From NCBI GenBank assembly GCA_000708835.1, contig DF237038.1:20901-84900 (forward strand): 64,000 nt of DNA, read 5' to 3'. Positions within the stretch are counted from its first letter, which is position 1, and every line of letters begins with the position of its first letter. Under the pieces are notes generated by a model. The model had not been told where the DNA came from, made no database searches, and saw only the letters and a program-made list of their open reading frames with translations. Shown one piece after another: positions 57,702 through 64,000 of this stretch. The DNA comes from Klebsormidium nitens. Lineage: Eukaryota > Plantae > Klebsormidiophyceae. A program made the position numbers and the translations under genes.

Positions 57702-60700
57702 CTACGCCCAGATTTTTCCTGGAGCGGCGGCGCTTTTTGGCTTCGCCTGGGCGGTGGTCAGGGCAATCGCATTGGACGACGCGGCGCTTCGCGTCGAAGC
57801 CTTGGGTTTGCTGCTTGCAGTCCCGGCACCTTCGACGGACTTTCTAACAGCGACAGGCGCCCCAGCCACAGGAGTGGGCCTCGCGACCTTGCTGCAACCG
57901 TTGGGAGAGAGCTAGTCAGTCTCGTATTCATTCACATCCGGGTGTGTAGCGCCGGACGTTTTGTTTCAGAATTGATTGATTGCTCCAGACGCCTTCGAGT
58001 TTGAAGGAAACGCTGTCTACGCTACCGCCCAACGTTTCTGATACGATCCTTCTTGAGGCCGCAAGAGCATGCTCTTACTAAGCCTAGCTTTGTCTTCAGA
58101 ATTGGAGACACTTGCAAGTCCGGCTGTGCACACCAATCTGCAAGCTTCTTTGAAGAAACATTGCTAATCTCCAAAATCGCATGCAAATACCATCAAAAAG
58201 GGTTCGACGGATGCCACTTACCCCGAAGGAGCCGCAGTCACTGGCCGCTTCTGCGCCGAAACCGCGGGGTCCGCTCTGATGATCCCTTCCGGCCCGTCTG
58301 AGCTCCTCCGCCTTAACCCAGGCGCTGACCCGGGTTTCGCACCGGCCGTAACCGGCCTCGGTTTGTGCCCGGTAGGACTGCCCGGGACTGCTTGTCCCAG
58401 CGACCCGTTCCGACCGAGAGGAGCCGCGGCCGCGAAGATGCGCGCGCTCATTTCCTCGTCGCTCGTGCTCTCGTCCTGGCTGCCGGCCCCGGAGCTCCGC
58501 CGGATTCCGCTCCCGTTGTGCTGGGGGGCGGAAGGCTGCGCGCTCGCCACCCGCTCGCGCGCGCTCAACGATCCGCTCGGGGTTCCGCGCGCGACACCGA
58601 CACCCACTGGGAGCGGAATCGACGAGCCCTCGCCGCGCTTCCGGCTCGGCGACACCGGAACGGAACCCGTATCGGAGCTCGATTCCGTCTCTCCGTCCGA
58701 GCTCCGCCCGTTGCTCTTCCGCCGGACTTCCAAATTCGGCGCGCTCTTCGCGAGCTTGACGTCCCGGCTCCGTCGCCGCGGCCGCGCTTCCGCGCGCGGG
58801 CTCCCTACCCTTCCGTTCTCCGTCGGAGTCCGTTCTCCGTCGCCCACGGTAATCTCTGCCGGCGGAATCTGGAGTTTCGGCGGCCGCGCGGCCGCGCGCT
58901 TCGGCTCGAGATCCAATTCACGGGGCCCTTGCTTTTGGGCCTGTTCAGCCCTGAGTTTGAGGGCCCTGTTTTCTTGCTCGAGCGCCTGGACTGCGCGCCG
59001 GAGCGCGACCGCCTCGTCCGTCGCGGCCGCGAGCTCCGCCTGGACCGCGACGCGCGCTTCCTCCGCCGCGGCCGCGTCGGCCTGCCGTACGCGCGCGTCC
59101 ATCTCCTGGAGCTCGCGCTCTTTCTCCATCATCTGCGAAGACGAGAAAAGTACCGACGGTGAGTGGAATGGTCCATCTTTCCAACCGACCGCGTTCGTGT
59201 CTGACCCGTGCCGTGTGCCTCGGCGACATCGATTCTCGAGCTTAGGGTCAACAACTTGCAACGCCATCCTGCAAAGGATCAGGTGCGAACTCCAAGGTTT
59301 TCGATGATAGCTTGGAGTCCCCGCCTTTCTGGGACGTATCGAACACCCCGTCGAACACAACATGTTGTCCCTAAGTTTTACGATGTCCAGAATTGTTCCA
59401 GACCCGCGGATGCCTGTACACACAGGAGTTTTTGGCCCTTAACCTAGGACGGTTCTGGGCTGGTTAGAAACTGGTTATATGTCCAGTAACCAGACTTGGG
59501 CGTTCACCAGCCCCTGAACAAGGTTAAAGCCCGGTTAGTTGTCCAATAACCCGAGCGTCAAGTCTGGTAGTCAGCCTGGTTAGCAGCCAAAGTTTCCGAC
59601 ATGTCCTTGCAAGGCTGGCCTCATGTCTCGCTACACAGTTCTCGCTTCTCAAGGCCGGTTTGTTTACATTGGCATGTCTTTTTCTTCCAGAAAAGGTGAA
59701 GGCGAATCGCTCAAAATGACTGTTTTAACAGCCCGCGCATCGGTGCGTCACTGCCACGTTCATTCTTGCAACCGCTTACGGATGTTTCCAGCGTTTCGCT
59801 TCTCCTTTTGCGTACTGCAGCGTAGACCGAATCTGAGAGGAATTTCAACGAGTTTCGGTGAGCATTTTTTCCCTCACCAGTTCCTTCATTTCCGCGAGGC
59901 TGCCCTTGTTCTGGTTCGCCTTCCCCAGCTCGACCTGCTTCACGCGCTGCGCAAAGTTGAGCGTGCTGACGGTCTCGCTGACGGAGCCCGACTCGGGGCT
60001 GACGTGGGCAAACATCAGCGCCTTGGACTGGCCGCCTGAACGGAAAGACATACAGGCAAAGCAATCAGCAAGGGCGTGTAATCCTGCGCTAACCAAGGTG
60101 CACTTTATGCCTGGGCTCAATCAAGGTGACTGATCTTTGGTACTCAGGTCGATCAAACTTACCACCCATGTTGCTCAGAACCTCGCTTTTGCGAGAGGAA
60201 AGTTGAGGTTCTGCAAAGGTTCTGATCAGATCGCAAAAAGTTTCCCACACTATTTCGACACTTCGTAAGGACTTTTGCTTGAGTTGGGCGTGTCGATACA
60301 TACATCACTTTAAAAAGTCCTAGAATCCTTGAGAACTTTCGATACCGGTAATCTCTTAAAGATTTGATAAAGCTCACCAAGCGCGAATTAACCTTCCAGA
60401 GATCCTCAACCGACCTGAGACTTTGTTTCTAACCAGCCTTAAACCTTAAATTTCTGAAACCCTGAAACCCTGGAATCCTAAAATTCTAAACCTCAGAACC
60501 TCAAGAACGCTCACCCAGCGCGGTCTGCAGGATCTGCGTGAGCTTGCTGTTGCGGTACGGGATGTGCGGCCGCTTCTCCACCAGAGCCGCGATGACGTCA
60601 CCCAGCGCGCTCAGCGACTTGTTGATGTGCTGCGCCTCCTTCAGACGGTCCCCTACGAAATGAGAAACGCTGTCATACTTTTGTCCCGAATCAGGAAAGT

Positions 60701-63662
60701 GGTTGTAAGTCTGATGTTCAGAGACTAAAGGAAGAAGTTGACGATCTTATGTTTTTACCTCGATCTGCTCGCGCCATAAAGCGGGCCTTCTTGCTGAAGA
60801 CTTCGCTATTTTGTGTCACGAAAAGGTGAAGCTAAACTGAGTCAGGTGGACTAATAGAGACACTGAACTCGATTTTGGGACTCCTCGTCGGCCGTAGGCT
60901 TTAAGCGCACGTTTCGAACCCAGCCATGTCCTCGACCATACTGAATCACCGTCCAGACACGTGATCATTCAGATCCTCCCGCAATGGGACAAACCAAGCC
61001 TTCACAACCACTGAGCCTATCTTCAATTCTCTCATAGTGTACGATGACAATTGATACCCTTTTTAATACGCTATGGCCTCACCCGTGGCCTCGCTCTTGG
61101 AGATGCGCTCGCTGCCCGCCAGGTCCACCAGGTGCAGGCTGCTGCTGACGTGTTCTCCCGTCACCTTGTGCAACCCGTCGACGCGGACCGTCACGATGCT
61201 GCGGTCAGCATGACGTCGGTTTCAGAACGCCGTTTGGAACCAACGGGAGTCTTGGGCATTATGTGCACGGAGACGCTTGCGCCGCGAGGCAAATTTGGAA
61301 CGGATGAGCACGCTTGAAAGTGACGTCTTCACGAAGTTCACGAAGCACGCCGGCAACCAGGTGTTAACCTTACTCTACTTTTCCTTCTACACAAAAACCT
61401 AGAGAAGACCGGAAGAACAGGCTAACGGTCCAAACGGAAGAATTGCGGTTCCTTCCTTCGCTTTCAAGCAAATGAAGGTTCAAGTCACCTCTCTCCTTCG
61501 ACCCGCTGATCCTGATGCAGCCTCAAAGGTTCATTCGAACTAGAATGTCCTCCCAAATTGGAACTTTTGCGATGAAGGGTTTATTGTGGGGTCAAGGGTT
61601 TCTCGTTTTCGAAGCAGAGAATTTGCTGGGGTTTGTAGGGGGTTAGATCGCTCAAGTTTCGATTTTGGTCAACGCGGTCAACCCGGTAAGAGTTTCGGCC
61701 AATATGATCACCAATAAAAATGCCTTACCGTTTTAGGAACATGTCAATAATGGAGGCAAACAAGTGCATTGCAAACCGCGCGGGAGTCCCCTCACCAGTG
61801 CGACCTGCTGCTCCGCTCGTTCATGCTCGTCGATCCGGTGGCGCGGTTCCGGCCTCCGCTATCCATCACCGCCAACACGTCCTGAGCGGAACGCAGAACA
61901 CCGTGAGACTTCTCGCGTACAGCGTGTCAAAAGCTCAGCAGAGCGAGACGTAAGAACGCGGGTTTTTCCCCCGGTTGAAGCTGCACCTAATGACGGCTCA
62001 AGCGCGCACAACGGATAGCTTATCTGCAACAGCGGTAGAGCGGCCCGCAGGCTCTCAAGAAAGCCTGTGGTGGTGAATAATCGTCCCTCTACTTTCTGAG
62101 CATACCAAGCCGAGCTGTTAGTTGCGCGGGTACATAAGTCTAGCAACCCCCTCAGGCGCAAAATCTCCAGTTCGCTCGCACTCGTCCCCGTCAAACGTCG
62201 GGTGAAAGAAGGGAAGGGATCGAATCCGAGTTTGGGCAGGGACGCAAAAAGCGGTGAATTTCAGAAGCGCATATAAGATGCTTCCTCGTACCTCGGGTGT
62301 GAACACCGCGACCCGGGACGCGTCTGCCGACCGGTTGCCGTCCTCTTTCATGCGCATCTGGAGCTTCTTCCGGTCCCGGGAGTCCCTCCCGTTCGTTGAG
62401 GTTACATTCATGAGCAGGTCACGGATTGTCTCGTTGTAGATCTGCGCGGTCGCGAGGGAAGAGACTCTTTTGGGTCTCTCTCACGACAGCCTTTCCTAGT
62501 GTCACGACAGCCTTTCCTAAAAAACTACATTGAATCTCCTTGGCTTAAAAGCTTGCAAACATTCGACCAAGGAATCAATCTGCTGAATCCTGGCTTTCAC
62601 AATTGAAGGACTACATAATTGGTTTACAAAGTCTGAACAGGGAGTACGAATCTCAAAAAGTTTGACGGTATGAGCTAGCCTTACTTTACTTTCTCGGCAA
62701 CAAAGACAAGCAGTACTCCATAGGCATTTTCCCGCTTTACAGAACACAGACACCCCTCGCCTCGACCATCTCTACCCCGATGTCAACAGCACCTCGGAAG
62801 AAGTAGAGTCCAAGGGGACTCCTTTCAGCTTTACGGACTCAAAATCCCCCTCACGTCGACCATTCCGCAAAATGACGACATCGGGCTAGCTTTCAATTCT
62901 CTTCGTCGCAACAGTGCCGACGGCACCTCAGAAGACAAAGATCTCAAATCGATTTCTCCGGGCGGCAGAGTTCAAAAACGCCCTCACCTCGACCATCTCT
63001 ACCCCGATGTCGAAGTCCCACTCCGCCGACCGATCGCTCCGCAGCCCGAAGAGTAGATCAAGTGCCCGGTAGTTGACACCGACCGACTTGCTGTCGAGCT
63101 GCCCGCTTGGCCCGGACTGTGAAAGTGAGATGGGCATGAAGTCAGCAAGCTAAGTGTCAAGAGATCTCCTTCGTGCGGTGCTTCTATCTGAAAGTATCTG
63201 AATTTGGAGCTCTGACTTTCGCTCCCGTCCGACCTAACATCCAAATGATCGTGCCTGGCTAGAAGAACATTGCTTTGTTTTGAAGATAGGGGTGAAAGAT
63301 GTGCAGCCACGTTCGGATGGTCAATATTACCCGACGACTTTGGCGTGTCGGTTCCTTGGAAACGCTTTGATTTGAAGCGTGCTCAATCTTAAGAATACTC
63401 GTAAGCCGTCTCTGTCGCTCCACCCTAAGACACGGACCCTCGTTGCAGACAGCGCCTTCAACCATTTTCTTCACGAAATGAGAGCAGAACGCGCGCTGCA
63501 AAGTCGCGCGCGTCAAGCTCAAAGTGGGCGCGCCCGCGCGCGGGCGCGCGCTCACCATGGTGTGCGTCTTGCCAGAGCCGGTCTGGCCGTATGCGAAGAT
63601 GCACACGTTGTAGCCGTCGATGACTGACCGGATGATCCCCTCAACCTCGCTGAACACCTCCT
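57702..63662 (-). CDS. Kinesin-14 family motor (3' part; 5' end lies beyond the window) with post-motor coiled coil and disordered tail
   Basis: Exons 63662-63556, 63116-62988, 62441-62292, 61881-61796, 61198-61083, 60652-60515, 60035-59878, 59132-58222; final exon near 57911-57702 not phase-resolved. Motifs [117 protein letters not shown]. Confidence 0.92.
59481..59590 (+). repeat. Copy 2 of the ~110-bp interspersed intronic repeat
   Basis: Colinear matches to 12748-12855 (acttgggcg, accagcc, caaggtta, cagcctggttagc). Confidence 0.6.
60440..60508. repeat. Degenerate telomere-like (AAACCCT)n array in a kinesin-14 intron
   Basis: taaaccttaaatttctgaaaccctgaaaccctggaatcctaaaattctaaacctcagaacctcaagaac: about ten degenerate ~7-bp units. 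Confidence 0.6.
62753..62882 (-). repeat. Two decayed intronic copies of a kinesin-14 exon tail plus donor
   Basis: cccctcgcctcgaccatctctaccccgatgtc (62753-62784) versus real ccctcacctcgaccatctctaccccgatgtc (62981-63011); weaker copy at 62846-62882. Confidence 0.88.
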
Positions 63663-64000
63663 CTGCACGGGATGACGTGGCACAACGTCAGCGTTCGTCA
63701 GCGATGACGATGTGATCGGACTTTTCCGATCGATTCAGGCGGCCAAACGGCTTAAAATTCCGGAATGTCAGAAGATTCTCCAAAGTAGCTTTGTCGACGA
63801 TACTCCAGAACGAGCCGGGTTAGGAACTCGTTCGTAAGGCAAAGAAGGTTAGAAGCTGAAGCCGCGCCTGTGAGGTCGCACAAACGAAGAAAGTCCGACA
63901 CTTTGCTTTCAACAATCCCGATTATACAAAGTGTTGGATGTTCGACAACAACCACGTTCTTCATTTGATACACCAACGCCTGAGTTCTCAGCGGAGGGCA

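Noticed and set aside
58279-59307. Long plus-strand ORFs here and at 37433-38446, 21776-22920 and 8032-8517
   Set aside because: Antisense shadows of GC-rich exons on the opposite strand.
62481-62519. 21-bp period duplication tcacgacagcctttccta; also the 24-bp pair at about 13336-13383 and the hairpin at 51254-51278
   Set aside because: Real but trivial local duplications or hairpins with no further structure.

Overview
Eukaryotic, intron-rich genomic DNA with GT/GC-AG introns and GC-rich exons. Gene content and codon style point to a streptophyte green alga, probably Klebsormidium-like (inference). I rebuilt frame-consistent exon chains by hand for: a SAM-domain kinesin-13 (+), CLN3/battenin (-), a cationic amino acid transporter (-), Nopp140/SRP40 (-), an SDS22-type LRR protein (+), a HIP-type aquaporin (-), CFAP299 (+) and a 5'-truncated kinesin-14 (-). 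There is also a small LYR-motif gene, an intronless KCTD-type BTB gene and a probable orphan gene. Most notable: (1) U14 snoRNA and a second, apparently unassigned 18S-complementary C/D snoRNA candidate, both inside Nopp140 introns; (2) pervasive 'exon echoes', decayed tandem copies of exon/splice-junction segments in adjacent introns, at about ten junctions in five genes, several keeping AG|GT or AG|GC junctions that could act as recursive splice points; (3) a kinesin-13 N-terminus that looks intermediate between KIF24 and land-plant kinesin-13; (4) a 182-bp MITE with 25-bp perfect TIRs. No rRNA, tRNA or CRISPR array was seen. Family assignments come from motif recall, not database searches.
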